This document shows positions 36,650 to 52,189 of a stretch of 64,000 nucleotides of DNA, one piece after another. The notes below the pieces were generated by a model. That model did not search any database, had not been told where the DNA came from, and saw only the letters and a program-made list of their open reading frames with translations. The translations under genes and the position numbers were made by a program. Numbering within the stretch: position 1 is the stretch's first letter; the number at the start of each line of letters is the position of its first letter. The DNA is from Squalus acanthias (lineage: Eukaryota): positions 186,001 to 250,000 of the forward strand of contig JASTWF010000207.1 in the NCBI GenBank assembly GCA_030390025.1, in the 5' to 3' direction.

Positions 36650-37455
36650 GACACTGACACTGCCACACAAGTGCCAGGAAATGACCATCTCCAACAAGAG
36701 AGAGCTGGAGAATTTTCCCTTGCCATTCAATGGCATTACCATTGTCTAATCCCCCACCATCAACATCCTTGGGGGGTGGGCGGGGGGGGGGGGCGGTCAC
36801 CATTGACCAGAAACTTAATTGGACCAGCCAACTAAATACTGTGGCTACAAGAGCAGGGTCAGAGGCTGGGTATTCTGCGGCGAGTGACTCACCTCCTGAC
36901 TTGCCAAAGCCTTTCCACCACCTACAAGGCATAAGTCAAGAATTTGATGAAATACTCTCCACTTGCCTGGATGAGTGCAGCTCCAATAACACTCGAAGCT
37001 CAACACCATCTAGGACAAAGCAGCCCGCTTGATTGGCACCCCATTCACTACCTTAAACATTCACTCCCTCCACCACCGGCGCACCGTGGCTGCAGTGTGT
37101 ACCATCTACAAGATGCACTGCAACAACTCGCCAAGGGGTCTTCAACAGCACCTCCCAAACCCGCGACCTCTACCACCTGGAAAGACAAGGCAGTAGGCGC
37201 ATGGGAACACCCATCACCTCCAAGTTCCCCTCTAAGTCACACACCATCCTGACTTGGAAATATATTGCAGTTCTTTCATCGTCGCTGGGTCAAAATCCTG
37301 GAACTCCCTACCTAACAGCATGTGGGAGTACCTTCACCTCACAGGTGACTGCAGCAGTTTAAGAAGGTGGCTCACCAAAACCTTCTCAAGGGCAATTAGG
37401 GATGGGCAATAAATGCTGGCCATGCCAACAATGCCTACCTCCCATGAATGAATAA
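36650..37455 (+). mobile_element. Non-LTR retrotransposon 3' fragment (family of 21103-22485)
   Basis: VTIDQKLNWTSQLNTVATRAG, KYSPLAWMSAAP; tail CCCATGAATGAATAAA. Confidence 0.88.
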
Positions 37456-37699
37456 ATTAAGTTAGCCTTTTAAAAGACTGTAGTTTGTAGGAGGAAGGAA
37501 GACTTTCAGTTTTGAAGCCCTGGAAAATAATTTTTCTTTTCATCATTCACTCTGATGCACCCTTCTAAGTGATACCAGACATTCACTGGAAAGGGGAGAT
37601 TTGTCACTATCTCACTTTCTCCTGACTATCCCCTCCCTAGCTACTCTTCTAAGGCAAACCAGACAAGATTTAGGAATTCTTTGACGCTGAGCTGAGCTT

Positions 37700-38250
37700 C
37701 AAACTCCCTATCCTATCCATCACCAAGACAGCACCTCAGCAACATTGTTTCCCTTCGCCCCTATCTCACCCCCTGCCACTTATCTCTGCTTTTGTTATCT
37801 TATGATTTAGCTTCTTTCAAGGAATACCTTCCTTGTTGACCTCACAAACTCCTCTTTATACAAATACCAACTTGTCCAAAACTCTTCCACCTGCACTAAG
37901 TCTTGCTCATTCATCACCCTTCTCCTCACTGACCTCTACTGGTCAGTACCGAATTCAGAATCCTTGTCCTTGTTTACAAATCCCTTTGCGGTTTCACCTG
38001 ACCCACTTCTGCAACCTCCTTGAGCCCTATGGCTTGTTCTGCATTTTACGATATTCTGGGCTCCCGTCTGTAATTCCTTTCCTAAACCTCTTCAAATTAC
38101 TACTTCCCTTCTACCTTTTAAAAAAAACTCCTCAAACCTACCTTTCTGACAGTAGCATTAGCTAACTTTTAAAACTTGGACCTCAGTCTGTCTTTTATGT
38201 GAAGCACCATGAGACATTTAATCATGTTGATGATACTATACAAATGCTAG
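37700..38250 (+). mobile_element. Highly decayed L2 3' fragment
   Basis: GAGCTGAGCTTC, CTGCAACCTCCTTGAGCCCT, AAAACCTACCT and GTGAAGCACC resemble 51370-51985. Confidence 0.6.
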
Positions 38251-38593
38251 CTACTTTTTATCTTGTATTGATAAAACATTTAAAATATGGTTATTTAGTT
38301 CTTTAGAATACGTGTGAATTCATATTACTCTCCTGAAATTAGTTTTCAAATTTTTATTTCTCCTATTTTATGTTATTTTTCTTTAATTTCATTATGTTCC
38401 CCTCTTCTCCTGACTGATACAGTAGACAACCTCTTCACAACCTTTTGTTCCTTGAACAAGTGCTGGGAGGGGATTGAAAGGGGCACTCATTGATTTGCCC
38501 AATTGTTTTTCTTTGTGCTACTTTTTGCCTCGCACCGCGATGACTTTGCTGAGATTAAGAATGCTCTTTGTGGGGAATCCGCAAAGTCAGATT

Positions 38594-39238
38594 GGGGTGG
38601 AATTTCCCGTGGGGCGTAATCGGGCAATTACACACGTGTGCCCCTTTTGCCGATGTCAATTTATGACTAAATTTCCTGTCAATCTCATTAGCATACACCG
38701 GAATGTGAAAATCGGCGTAATCAGGGTCAACAATCAGGGCCTGAGGACAGCACAGAGCTCACACCATATAATTCCTTCTTTAAGTATGAAAGTTAAAGTT
38801 TCAAGCCATCTAACCATTGTTCATGCACATTACGCACAGCACGTTTAAGAACATACAATCGTGGAAGCTTTTTAGTTTTTTAACGTGACTCATACTGGTG
38901 CTATAGAAAGGCATTCAAAGAAACAGAAAATACAGTGCATGTCTCAGTGAGGATCATTTTTTTGAAAAATTGCTTAAAAATATCACAAAAAAAACTAGAA
39001 AAGTGACTGTTGCGTCTAAAATTTTGGGTGTAATTTTATACCCATATTGAAGCAGTGTAATTACAGGAAATTTGTCAGGTGCAGGGTTCAATAGACAGGC
39101 GTAAAAAATCGAGGAAATTCAGGCGTAGCGTAATTATGTACGTAACACACTTACGCCCACGTTTTCTCGATCTTTTATGCCAGGTCTTTGCTTTACGTCC
39201 CGTTTACGCATGAGAAAATGGACATGAAATTTCACTCC
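38594..39238. mobile_element. MITE (Harbinger-like termini)
   Basis: TIR GGGGTGGAATTTC / GAAATTTCACTCC; repeated GGCGTAA/TTACGCC subterminal motif. Confidence 0.65.
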
Positions 39239-39596
39239 ATGATCTATAAGTTTGTTCATGCAGTAATGCACTGATGCAGTCAGACGCGCTCTATATTTAA
39301 AAAAAAATACAAATTATTGTTGTTTAGTACAAATTAAAATGCATAAAATACACTGCAAAGGTTTGTAGTGCAGCATTACTTTTTTTCCATAGTCAACCGT
39401 TAGCATTGTTTTGCAATTCTTTTTTGAGTAAGCTGTTTATAGGAGTAACCCTACCTAAAGCCACTCTTAGTGCTGGATAAATCCATTCTTAAAAAGTGTT
39501 TCTTTTCAAGTGCTTGGACAGGAAGAGAGAAGCGGAATTCAGAGGACAGAAAGAAGGATTGCATTTCAGCAGTCAAATTAATGACCTGAAATTCAT

Positions 39597-40030
39597 AGAA
39601 AGACTTACATTCATATAGTGTCTTTCATGACCTCAGGAAGTGTAAGTCACTGTTGTAATGTAGAAAACATGGCAGGCAATTTGCACAGAGCAAGGTCCCA
39701 CAAACAGCAATGTGATAACGAGCAGATCATCTTTTAATAATCCAGCGTTTTCTGTTGTTATTTCGGATTTCCAGCATCCGCAGTATTTTGCTATCGTATC
39801 TTTTAATGATGTTTGTTGAGTGATAAATATTGGCCAGGACACTGGGGAGAACTCCCAGGTCTTCAAAATAGTGCCATGGGATCTTTTATGTCCACCTGAG
39901 AGGGTAGACAGGGTCTCGGTTTAACGTCTCATCCAAAAGACGGCACCTGCGACTCCTGAGTACAAAATTGGAATGTCAGCCCACATCCTTCTGACTCAGA
40001 GGCAAGAGTGCTACCACTGAACCACGGCTG
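39597..40030 (-). mobile_element. SacSINE1-like SINE containing a small Penelope-derived fragment (~39738-39797)
   Basis: Reverse complement of 22512-22781 plus 24767-24960; the insert TTTCCAGCATCCGCAGTATTTTGCT matches 26901-26930 inverted. Confidence 0.8.
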
Positions 40031-42667
40031 AGTTGAAGTTTTTGTTAAGGTGACATTATTAAATAGTGGACTTTGTTATTGCTGTGACTGTATAAATACT
40101 ACAGAACTTATCATGTGTGAAAGAAACCCAGTAGTCTAAGCTTTCTGCCCCTTCCCTCTTCGATTGACACACATGTACAGAGGGATGGGCCTTTAGTCTG
40201 CCCCCAAGATGCCCTCTTAACAGCGGCCATATTTCTGCTCTGGAATAATTTGCATTTAGGAGGTGGATTCCTCAATCTTCATCAGAAATCACGCGAGGCT
40301 GGGAGTGGGACTTACTGCAGCAGGCCTTGTGGACCTGCTACAGCTGGAGAAAGAGGTAGCCAGTGAGCTGCCTGTTTGAAAAAAAATGTTGTCTTTAATT
40401 GGCTTGTGCATATCAGTATGCTGAGAGTGCAAGCACAGGCACTTCTCCAGTTTTTAGTCCCGGGCCTCCTGAACGCTGGGCGGCAAGGCCTAACGGGTGT
40501 ATCTATGGCGAGCATTCCAAGAGTGCAAATGGCGGGGAACATGGTGGAGGCTGTGATAGACAAAGATTAGAAACAGAGTAGCTTGAGAAAGTGAAATAAA
40601 TTATCAGTTGTTTCCCTAGAAGTATTTACTGTACTGTAGCTGGTAGAACTTCCTTTCCTCTGGCTTCTGATGAAAACACAAACGTAGAAATCAAAGGGTT
40701 TAAGTCTATTGAAACTACGTGTGAAAAATCAATTTGATGTCATATGTTTCTGGCTGGACTTATTTCAGATCTTCAGAAAAACGTTGCATTATTATCTATC
40801 CATCTATTTTTGTGAATTTGTGTCTTTGTTGACATAGTGTTGTAGAATCAGAAACCACTGTCTCTTTTTCTAATTACTTGCCCATGTCTGCCCACCAGTA
40901 GATCAGCTTATTCTTACGGCGGATATTCCTGAGACTTCCCATTTGTATTTTGTATGCCCTGTTTGAAATCTGCATAACCCCCAAATCACCATGAGCAATG
41001 AAATTCAATAATTTTATTTTTAACCACTTGTATAAGTACGTGTGTGTTGTGAGTACACAGCTTAAATTAACCCTCACTTTAGTTGCCGGTGACATTATCT
41101 ACTGGTTCCTCAAGTCACAATTGTTGTGTTAGATGTGTGTGCAGTACCACAAACTATTGTGATGTGGTCTTTGTGTGGATCAATTAATTTTTAAATAGCA
41201 TTTTAATAAAATTACCATCAGGCATGATCAGTGATTGACATCAGTGTTTACCCAATCACACTATTGCAATTTTGGTAAAAAGGTCTACTACTACTGATAA
41301 TTTTAAGTCATTTTTTGACACTACAACATTTGAATTAAGCAATGTAAATAACACAGCAAAGTGGGAACTTTGTGCTTACATTGATACTTTGAATTAAGAG
41401 TAGATTGTACCCCTTTAACTTGGCTTCTAAAATTAGAAACTTTCTAGCACTAGAAACTTTCCACACAACAGTGTGTTCGGAAAATGCTAATAATCCTGTG
41501 TATGAGTAAATGTTATTGCATTGACTTCTAATTGCTGCAAATATGCAGCCAAACTGTAGACTGAGTTGATGGTAAAATTCCATAATGGTTTGTTGTGATT
41601 TTGTTCATGCTGAAAATTAAAAGTAAAAACAGCAAACCCTGTACAGCCATCTTATACCGTTGTTGTGAGCCAAACAAGAACGTTTCTTTATAGTAAAGGT
41701 GTTTTACATAAATCCTTTGTTATTGAAGCAGACATAAATGATGAATGTTGTTTCAGAGATCAGGGTACTGTATTTTAGCATGTGTTGGACTGAAGGCTAC
41801 ACTATATATAATATCATACAGAAAAACCTGTCTTTCTACTCACCTTGATTCAAAAGCAACCATTAAGCAAACATTGTATTCTCTGAAACAACAGATTTTG
41901 AATATAAAAATAGGATTGCACCTGGAATAACTTACCTGCTCATGTGGCCACAGCTACTGATAAAATAAAAGGTTACTGATATTGTTTAACAAAGGGAACC
42001 TTCACCAGGATTAACAGTCACTTAAACAGTCCTGATCATTATGCAAACTTGTAGTTGTGTTTGGGTCTACAGTATAAAGTTGATTAGATTTGACACGTGG
42101 ATTCAATAGCACCTCGTTTAATCAACCATTGTGGCTCCATTTTGAAGGTGACCTTTCAATAAGCATACTGTTGGAATTATCAGAAGTTTATATATACACA
42201 CAGTATCAAGTTCTTATCTGGTCATAAAAGGTTCCTGCTATCATGCATAAAATATTGTTTAAGAAAATTATAGTAAGACACAATTCAGATAAACTTAGGC
42301 ATAACATATGTCACAGCCAGTATTTTAATGGAGGGTGAGTGAGGAAGAAATGAAGTACTACCTGAGATAGTTTGGAAGATGGGATAATATGTAGATCTAC
42401 CTAAGTCAAGTACTATAATGGTCGAGGATATTGCACATGTGATAGGAATATAAGAGCGTAGGAAGGCACAAAAGTCTTTGTAGTCCATCAAGCCAGCTCC
42501 CATGCACTGCATGTCCATACCCTTGAAATACTCTAGCTCATAATCACTTTACCAGTTAAAGTGATCGAGGGTCTTTCTCACAAGTGAGAAAATTGTTGGA
42601 ATGAACTTTGACTACTATTGTTATACTTTATTTATTTATTTATTTATTGTGTAAAGGTAGAGATTTA

Positions 42668-43346
42668 GGCCTAAAAATTCGGTTGCTTTGCGCCTCCTGT
42701 TAGCTAACTGGGTGCAAAGCAACTAGTGCCCGGGCGCGGCGCCGCCAACGAAATTCAGCGGGAGTTTAGCGGCGGCGGTAACCGTTAGTGCCCCATGGTG
42801 CTGCGCCGCCGGCGATGATGTCCTCGCCATGCGCAGCGCCCCGGCCGCGATCTTCGGTAGCGCCCCCTGACTTACCGCCGGATGCTATGTCCGACAGGGT
42901 CAGGGGGGCCTACCTGCGGCCGGGGCGGCGCTAATTAAAGGCGAGGTGCCGGGCGGCCATTTTTGTTGCTGGCCGCCTGCCAGCACCTGCCCCCTCTGCC
43001 GTCCCCGGCCTCCTCTGACGACCCCTGTGGAGTGCCAGCTGCGCTCCGTGAGCCCGGCACTTCTCTTGAGTGCCGGGCTCTTTTGCCGGCACTCCGATCC
43101 CTGGTGGCCTAGGGTCATGCTGCGCAAGGCCCCTCCCCTTTAAGAAGGGGAGGAAGGCTTGCAGTACCACGGCGCGACGTGCCGCTATATTCGCTCGCAG
43201 CGCCCCAAGAGGGAGCTGTGGCGCTTCCAGTAGCACCCCACTTCCCTCTTGGGGCGCTACCCATGAATTTCGGCTGCGGAGGGGCGTTAATTTTTTCTCC
43301 GCCGAAGTTAGCGCCCCAAAGGGGGCATGACTCAATTTTTTCCCCC
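42668..43346 (+). mobile_element. PIF/Harbinger MITE with TTA target duplication
   Basis: TTA at 42665-42667 and 43347-43349; termini GGCCTAAAAATT / AATTTTTTCCCCC; close copy at 49098-49811. Confidence 0.9.
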
Positions 43347-44256
43347 TTAATATTTGACTCAAATGGTCAAGTTTAACCCATTCTGTATGCTTCAATTAAC
43401 TGTAATCTTTTTATATTAGTAATTCTAAATTGTGGACATGCAAACAGGACAAATTATAAAAACGTTTCACCTATTTTCAGATAGATATCAAAACCAATAA
43501 CGCCTGGTGACTTCTAAACTATGACTAAAATTAAATATATCTAGTTATTTTGTTAGTTTATCTACAGTGATGATGACAATATGTGGAATTTAAATGTAAC
43601 AGTGTTGTAAAGATAAGGGCCTGGAAATTAGTTTAGGCCAGTTTTTAAGTACCAAATGGGTGCAAGGAACGATCCCTGCGCCCGAAGACGGAGACTCGAG
43701 AAACATGACCAATTGGTCCTCGGACCTCACCTACATAATTGCCGGACTGAAGAATTCAGTTTAACGCCGCGCCGCCTGTCTCGCCGGCAGCAGCCCTCAG
43801 GTAAGTCCCAGGGTGGGAGGACAGCAAAGGGGGTCCAATCACGGCTGTTAGCAACCATCAGGACCGCTGTAGAGCCTGGAGGAGTGCTTAGCTTTTTGGC
43901 GGCAGCTGCATCCACGACTTGGCCTGACACCTGCTCCACTTGGGGCAGTCCATTTTGTTAGAGGGTCCTAAAACAGGTGGTAGACCCCTCATTGGTAGAT
44001 GGAAGGAGCCTAATTTAAATTAATTCTGGGTCGAACTTTAAAAAGGAGTAAAGGATGCAAGACTCTGGTGGGAGATGGCTACAGACCATCCGACAGCCGT
44101 GATACAGGAGCGGGATGCATAATTTTGGAGATCGGAAAAGCATGTAGCAAAAGCAAGGTGGTTAAAATTGGAGATTTTAATTTTCACGTAGAGTGGGAGT
44201 TGCAAAACAGCTCAAGTTGTAAAGGTAGTGTATCCAAGACAGTTTTCTGAAACATT

Positions 44257-44963
44257 GACCCTGATTTTAACTCTTCCTGCCTGCCGGAAACCTGGCTAGA
44301 GGGCACTTAAAATGAGGGCAATGACTTACCCCCTCTAATTCCGCTGATTTCTCAACATGTCCTGATGTTAACTTGCTCTTTTGAGCAGGCGAGCAGGACA
44401 CCTGCCCCATGCTGGCGTGGTCTTGTTTCCATATGCAGATCGGGGCCCGATCTGCTATTTTAGTTTGAGGCCTGAGCAGGAGAGCAGTGACAGCTTCCCT
44501 GTCAGGCCAGACCTCTCGGGAGGGTGATCGTTGGTCAGAAGAGGCCCAGGAGGTAAGTTTTCTAATTTTTTGTTAAGTGTCCTGTGGGCCAGGAGGAGCA
44601 GGTGTGCTCCCAGGCTCCACAAGAAAGCGTTGGGCCTTCCTTGCCACTGGCTGGCCCCACCCCCTCCCAATTGCGTCCAGAGCCCCTTCCTCCGATTGCG
44701 TCCAGAGCCCTCCCCCTCCCGCCTCCCCCTCCCCCGATCGTGCCCACCCCCGACCACCACCACTTATTTGACTGCCCGGGACCAATCCCACGGGACCCCG
44801 GCTGCAGCTTCCTGCCGTCCGAATTCCCAGCTTCTACTCACCGGCCAGGAAATTGATTTGGGTGGGAGAGGGAGAAAATTTATGGAAATAAATGGCTGTT
44901 AAGATCGGCCGGGCCTCCACATCTCCGAAATCTCCAGGTTCGCCCCCCTTTAAAATCGGGTCC
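44257..44963. mobile_element. MITE
   Basis: TIR GACCCTGATTTTAA / TTAAAATCGGGTC; internal tandem repeat ATTGCGTCCAGAGCCC x2. Confidence 0.7.
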
Positions 44964-45619
44964 AATATGTTTTAGAACAAGCCATACAATAGTTGGTGAG
45001 GAGCAACAATTCATTCATAATTTGACTGTAAGGGAGCATCTTGCAAACAGTGACCATAAATAACATGATAGAGTTTGACATTACCATTTGAGAAGGAGAA
45101 AGATCACACACAAACAAAGCAGTATTTAGTGCAATACAAGACCAGTACATACCCCAGTCTAACATTTGTTAGGTGTCCTTGGGGCGCAGGACATTGAACC
45201 CTGATATTGGACCTTTTTGTGCCAATTTTATGGGTGTAAAATGGGTGCAACAAGATCCAATTTCTACCCAAGGTGTTTGATTTCATAAAGTGATCATGGG
45301 GTGAGAGAGAATTTAAAATTTGATAGAATAATGTACAGTTATCTTCATCTCCCCAGGCTAGAGAGGGGAAAATCAGCAGAGTAGGTTACCATTTTTAACA
45401 TACACAGTGATCCCGCTGGAAAGTGAAATAACCTTATATGAAGAATGGCCATTTGGGTAAGGGAAGGCTGCTAACACTCTGGAACCCCAGGATAAATTCA
45501 GGAAAGCTGTACTTGAAGAGATTGTGGGTCGGAGATGTAATCCCAGTTCTCCAACCTGCATTCCCTTTGAGTGTGGTTGGCTGCTGGAGCGTGGGATTGT
45601 GAAATTTACCCTCCTATCT

Positions 45620-45745
45620 TTAGAAGGATATGTTGATAGGGTGAGATGAAGTAATGTGGAGGAAGCTTGTGTGGAGCATAAACACCGACATAGACCTGTT
45701 GGGCCAAATAGCCTTGTTTCTGTGCTGTAAATTCTATGTAATTCA
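45620..45745 (+). mobile_element. CR1 3' tail fragment
   Basis: Reverse-complement similarity to 5417-5540 (GGAGCATAAACAC..TTTCTGTGCTGTAAATTCTATGTAA). Confidence 0.7.
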
Positions 45746-46287
45746 GTGTATCTCAGCATGAGTTACCACATTAAAGACAGGAAGGAAGAAGAAAGACAAT
45801 ACAGGAGACTTGGCTGTGAAAGAGAATTTTAAGTGTGGTGGTCTGTAGTAGAAATCAAAGCTCTGCAAAATACAGCAACCCCTTGTTATAATGCTTCCTC
45901 TGGGAGCAATACAAAAACTGTTATAGTGAAGTGTGCTTTGTAACAAGGATTTTATGACTTTATTAATCGGGTAGCCAGAAACAAGCTGTTCTATCACTGG
46001 CCATGGTATATATGCGTGCGTTTATAACAGGTTATTTTTTTTTGCCTTAAGACTGCCAGAGAGTCCTACCAAAATGATTGGATGTCCTTAAGTTTTTGTA
46101 ATACAATGAAATACAGTTCATGCATTATTCACGCATGTATAGTCCATTTGCATTTTTAACAGTCCACGTGTGCATATGTAATTATAGATAGACTAAAAAC
46201 TGGTCTTCCAATCCATACTTGATATTTTATTTGTAACTAAAGCAGTGATTCCAGATATTATTTCTAACATTTAATCACGTTTATTAA

Positions 46288-47097
<810 letters not shown>

Positions 47098-48399
47098 TGA
47101 AATACTTTCAGCAGAAGTGCCAGTACTTGTTCACATTGCATTTCAAACCTGCACACCAGGGAGCACTCAAGTTGCAATAAAACTGTGTACAGCCACAAAT
47201 AATTTCTGACCAGCTACTGTAGAATAATAGTTGTGTTTATCTTGGCACTAGACTATAGTGATTATGATATTAATGGGTATTTTTCAGATATACTCAATCT
47301 ACTTGCAATAAATAGACGGACATAAATGATCAGTACTTCTGTATGCAGACTTATAACTGCATGGATAAAGTATTTCAATCCCTGTACAGATTATTTTGTG
47401 TATTAATGAAAAACTACTGGAGCAGCAATTCAATAACTATACTAATCTTAATGTTTTCTTTTTAGTGGTAGTGGGGGGATCTTTGTAGTATTGCCTCATA
47501 GTTATTTCAAATGATCAAAATGAGGCATAATATCCTGATACAGATTTGTAGGTGAATCTTGATCTCCTGATAAACATAAATACTATTGTTTGCAGTTTTG
47601 AATTATAGGATAGAAATACATTGTGGTTGGCTGTGGGAAGACAATATTTCATGACTGATCTATTTTGGCAAACAGTGAGCTACAAACTTAGAAATGGAAT
47701 TGGCTCACTTATGAAACTGAGTAAACATCAACACTTTAATTTAAACTTTAAAATGACATAGGTACTCGCTCATTCCCATGATGGCAGAATGGTAACCAAT
47801 CATATTAGATAAAGACATGGTCAGACTTGGACTGTTGCTGTGGCACAATACTAATCTTCAGGTAGTTCAAGATCATACATGTTCCATTACTATGGTGCAT
47901 TGATGGGTTGCAACTAACTCCTTTCCAATATCTTATTTAATGGTTTGTGGGACAATTTAATGGGCTAAAATAAACCCCATTGCAACAACAGTCATGTATT
48001 ACAACTTTATAAGTACAAAGTTGGACTTCCATTCAAAGGAGGGAAGAAGATCTGTTCTCCTATGAACCACTATCCAGAAGCAGCCATGGAGAATCAATAG
48101 GCCATAATTTTCAATCTTGAGGGAGGTGAGTGTAATTGGCAGTAACTATTTGGGGGTGGGGAGGGGTTAAAATTATGCTGCATAAACGAATGTAATCATG
48201 TATGTCGGGAATGGAAATAAGAGCTTTTTTTTTTCTCCCCCCCCCTCCCCCTCCCCTCCCCCTATAGATTCAGTGTATACTATTTACTGGCAAAGAAATC
48301 TGCCAGTATTGCTTTGTAGCTAGTTGATGGAATATGTCAGAGTTGGTAGGATAGCCCTGCCTTTTTTTCACCTTCATGAAAACCAACTTATCTGTACTT

Positions 48400-51300
48400 T
48401 GTACCTGCCACTGATTGATATCGACATCATGACCTTGACGGAAACTTGGCTCACTTCTCCACCTGGCTATACCTTCTACCATCTGCCCCGCCCAAACTGC
48501 TGGGGTGGCGGCATGACCCTTATCACCAAATCTCACCTCTGGCACCATCTACTCCTTTGAGCACCTCACCTTGTTCCACCCCTCTCACCTCTACCTTAAA
48601 ATTCTCGTTCTCCACTGCCCACCCAAGCCCCACGCTACGTTTCTCACTGAGATAATCTCACTACTTTCCTCCCTCAGCCTCTGCACCAAGCGACTTCTGG
48701 TCCTCAGTGATTTCAAACTCCATCTCAACTCCCCTTGTCCTCTCCTCTGAGGTCACTGCACACATGTCCTCCCTTCTTCTCTCCTACACATATTCATGGC
48801 CACCCCCTCAACCTCATGTGGTTTCTCTATTCTCATCGTCTCAATCTCAGATAAGGCCGTCTCTGATCACTCCCTTGTAAACTCACCACTCATATCCCCC
48901 TTCCAACTTCCTTTTGTGTCTGCCCTTGGGGGGGGGGGAAAAAACTCTTCCCCCCAAGTCACTTACAACGGCACTTTCAAATTCTGAACTGTCTAACCCT
49001 TAGCCCTCCATTCACTGCGATTCTTCTGCAGCTACCGATCTGCTCAATCTCACCCTCACCTCCACCTTTGATGCCCTTGTCCCCAGTAAAACCCTTAGCC
49101 CTAAAAATTCGGTTGCTTTGTGCCTCCCGTTAGCGCCCTAATGGGGTGCAAAGCAACTAGCGCCCGGGTGCGGCGCTACCAACGCCTCCCGCGAAATTCA
49201 GCGGGAGGTTGGCAGCGGTAATCGTTAGCACCCCACAGCGCTGCACCGCCAGCAATGACGTCATCGCCGTGCGCAGCGCCCCGGCCGTGATCTTCGGTAG
49301 CGCCCCCTGACTTGCCGCCGGACGCTATGTCTGACGGGGTCAGGGCGGCGCTAATTAAAGGCGAGATGCCGGGCGGCCATTTTTGTTGCTGGCCGCCTGC
49401 CAGCACCTGCCCAGTTGCCGTCCCCGGCCTCCTGACCAAACCCCCCCCCCCCCCACTGCGGAGTGCCGGCTACGCTCTGTGAACCCGGCACTTCTCTTGA
49501 GCGCCGGGCCCTTTTGCCGACACTCCGATCCCTGGTGGCCCAGCTGGGCCCCGGGTGCGCTGCGCAAGGCCACTCCCCTTTAAGAAGGGGAGGAAGGCCT
49601 GCAGTACCGCGGCGTGACTTGCCGCAGCACGTGGCACTGTGGCATGTAGCGCCGCGATATTCACACGCAGCGCCCCAAGAGGGAGGCGGGGCGCTTCCAT
49701 TAGCACCCCGCTTCCCTCTTGGGGCGCTACCGATGCATTTCGGCCGCGGGGGCGCTAATTTTTTCAGGAGAAGTTAGCGCCCCAAAGGAGACGCGACTCA
49801 ATTTTTCCCCCTTAATTTCCCCCATCCTGGTCGTTCTCCTTGGCATAGCCCCCTAGCTCTGCTCTCTTACGTCCAAGGGATGCTGATTTGAATGTTTATG
49901 GTGCACAGCTGGTTTAGCATTCATCACCAAATCTGGTTGGACCACATCCAGCATAATTGGGCCCTGCTCTCCTCTGCAAAAGCTGCTCACTACTCCAGGA
50001 TCATCCTGGAATGCAAATAAAACCTCAGACTTCTTTTCTCCACTACCAACGGTCCCTTTAAAATCCTTTTTCCCTGCCCCCTCCAAGGTCACCTCCAACA
50101 ATAACTGCGAGGAGCTCATGAACTTCTTTGTCACGAAGTTGAAACCATCCGTTCAGCTGCCTCTGCCACATCCCTCCCTTCCCCTAGCCCACCAAGCCAC
50201 ACTTCTCCCAAGGTTCCCCCTCTGTCCTAGCCCTGAACCCGCATCTCCGATCTCCCCTCATGCCCTCCGAGCTCATCTTGTCCATGAGACCCACCTCCTA
50301 CTCTCTTGACCCTATTCCCACTAAACTGCTGACCATCCAACTTCCCTTCCTGGCCCCCATGGTAGCTGATATTGTAAACAGTTCCCTCTCCTCAGGTACT
50401 GTCTCTCTCCCTTTCAAATCTGCCATCATCACCCCCCCCCCTCCTCAAAAAACCCACCCATGACCCCTCTGTCCTTGCTAACTACTGCCCCATCTCCAAC
50501 ATCCATTTTCTCTTAAGTCCTTGAACATGTTGTCATCTCCCTAATCTGTGCCAATCTTTCCCGCAACTCCTTGTTTTAACCTCTCCAATCAAGTTTCCGC
50601 CTTTGCCACAGCACTGAAATGGCCTTTACTCAAAGTCACAAATGACATCCTACGTGACTGACTGTGGTGCACTATTCATCTTGACCTGTCTGCAGCTTTT
50701 AATCAACATAACAGAAACATTATCTGCTCATTATCACATTGCTATTTGTGGGAGCTTGCTGTGCGCAATTGGCTGCCGTGTCTCCTATGTTACAACAATA
50801 ACTACACTTCAAAATTACTTCATTGGCTGTAAAGCGCTTTTGGACGTCCTGAGGTCAAGCAAGTCTTGTTTTTTCTTTGACACGGTTGACCACACCATCC
50901 TCCTCCATCATCTCTCCTCCATTGTCCAGGTGAGTGGGACTGCCCTCGTCCAGTTCCACGTTTACCTATCCAGTCGTAGCAAGAGAATCTCCTGCAATGG
51001 CTTCTCTTCCTGCCCAGCATCATTACCTCTGAAGTTCCCCAAGGATCTATCCTTGGCCCCTCCTATTTCTCATATACATGCTGCCCCTCGGCGCTATCAT
51101 CCTAATATACAATGTCAGTTTCCACATGAACGCTGACAACACTAAGATTTACCTCTCCAACATCTCTCTTGACCACTCCAGTGCTTCTGTGTTGTCAGAC
51201 TGCCTGTCCTGGATGAGCTGAAATGTCCTCCAGTTAAACATTGGAAAGACCGAAGCCAATGTCTTTGGCCCCCACCACAAACTTCAGACCTAGCCGCTGA

Positions 51301-51985
51301 TTCCATCCTCCTCCCTGGCCACTGTCTCAAGCTGAACCAGACTGTTTCCAACATCGGCATCTGACTTGACCCTGAGCTGAGCTTCCAACCCCATATCCAC
51401 TCCATCACCAAGCCTACTTACACCTCTGTAATATCACTCGTCTCCGTGCCTGCCTCAGCCCATCTGCTGAAACCCTCATCCATGCTTTTGTTAACTTCCA
51501 GACCTGACTATTCCAATGCGCTGCTGGCCAGCTTTCTTTCTCCTTCCACTCGCCATAAAGTTAAGCGCATCTAAAACTCTGTTGCCCATATCCTTACTTG
51601 CATCAAGTGCTGTTTACCCATCACCCCTGTACTCGCTGATCTACAGGTTCCCGAACGCCCTATATCTGTAATCTCCTCCAGCCCTACAACCCTCCGAGAA
51701 CTCTACGTTCCTCCAATCTAGCCTCTTATCCATCCCTCACTTCCTTCATCCCCCACCATTGGCAGCTGTGCTTTCAGCCGTCTATGCTCTAAGGTCTTGA
51801 ATTCGCTCCCTAAACCTCTCAGCCTTTAAGACCCTCCTTAAAACCTACCTCTTTGACTAAGCTTTTGGTCACCTGTCCTAATGTCTCTTTCTTTGGCTCG
51901 GTGTCAATTTTTGTCTGATTACGTTCCTGTGAAGCATTTGGGTTTTACTACATTAAAGGTGCTATATAAAAGCAAATTGTTGTTG
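48400..51985 (+). mobile_element. Long decayed L2 LINE, interrupted by a MITE (49098-49811) and a SINE 3' piece (~50700-50870)
   Basis: DIMTLTETWL (endonuclease), LDPIPTKLL, FDTVDHTILL; 3' end GCTATATAAAAGCAAATTGTTGTTG. Confidence 0.88.
49098..49811 (+). mobile_element. PIF/Harbinger MITE with TTA target duplication, inside the L2
   Basis: TTA at 49095-49097 and 49812-49814; colinear with 42668-43346. Confidence 0.9.
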
Positions 51986-52189
51986 AAATGGCCAAGCGTA
52001 GAACCTCAACATGTGGAAAACGCATGATTTTTGATTGTTGTCTTTGGTGGTTTAAGTAGTACAGGTATTTGTTTTAAATATTATTCCCCTGCAATTTTCT
52101 CACCTACTGTTCAGAAGCTGCTGGCTGATCCTGAGGTATTGTTACCTTGCCTAAATGGTCGGTCTTCCTGTGTGAGCCTAGATAGTGTT

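Noticed and set aside
36770-36795. G-run or G-quadruplex
   Set aside because: Homopolymer expansion within a LINE fragment; similar runs at ~48240 and ~59190 have no supporting context.
42900-43395. GC-rich ORFs repeated at 49176-49777
   Set aside because: They lie inside MITE copies and the frames are not preserved between copies.
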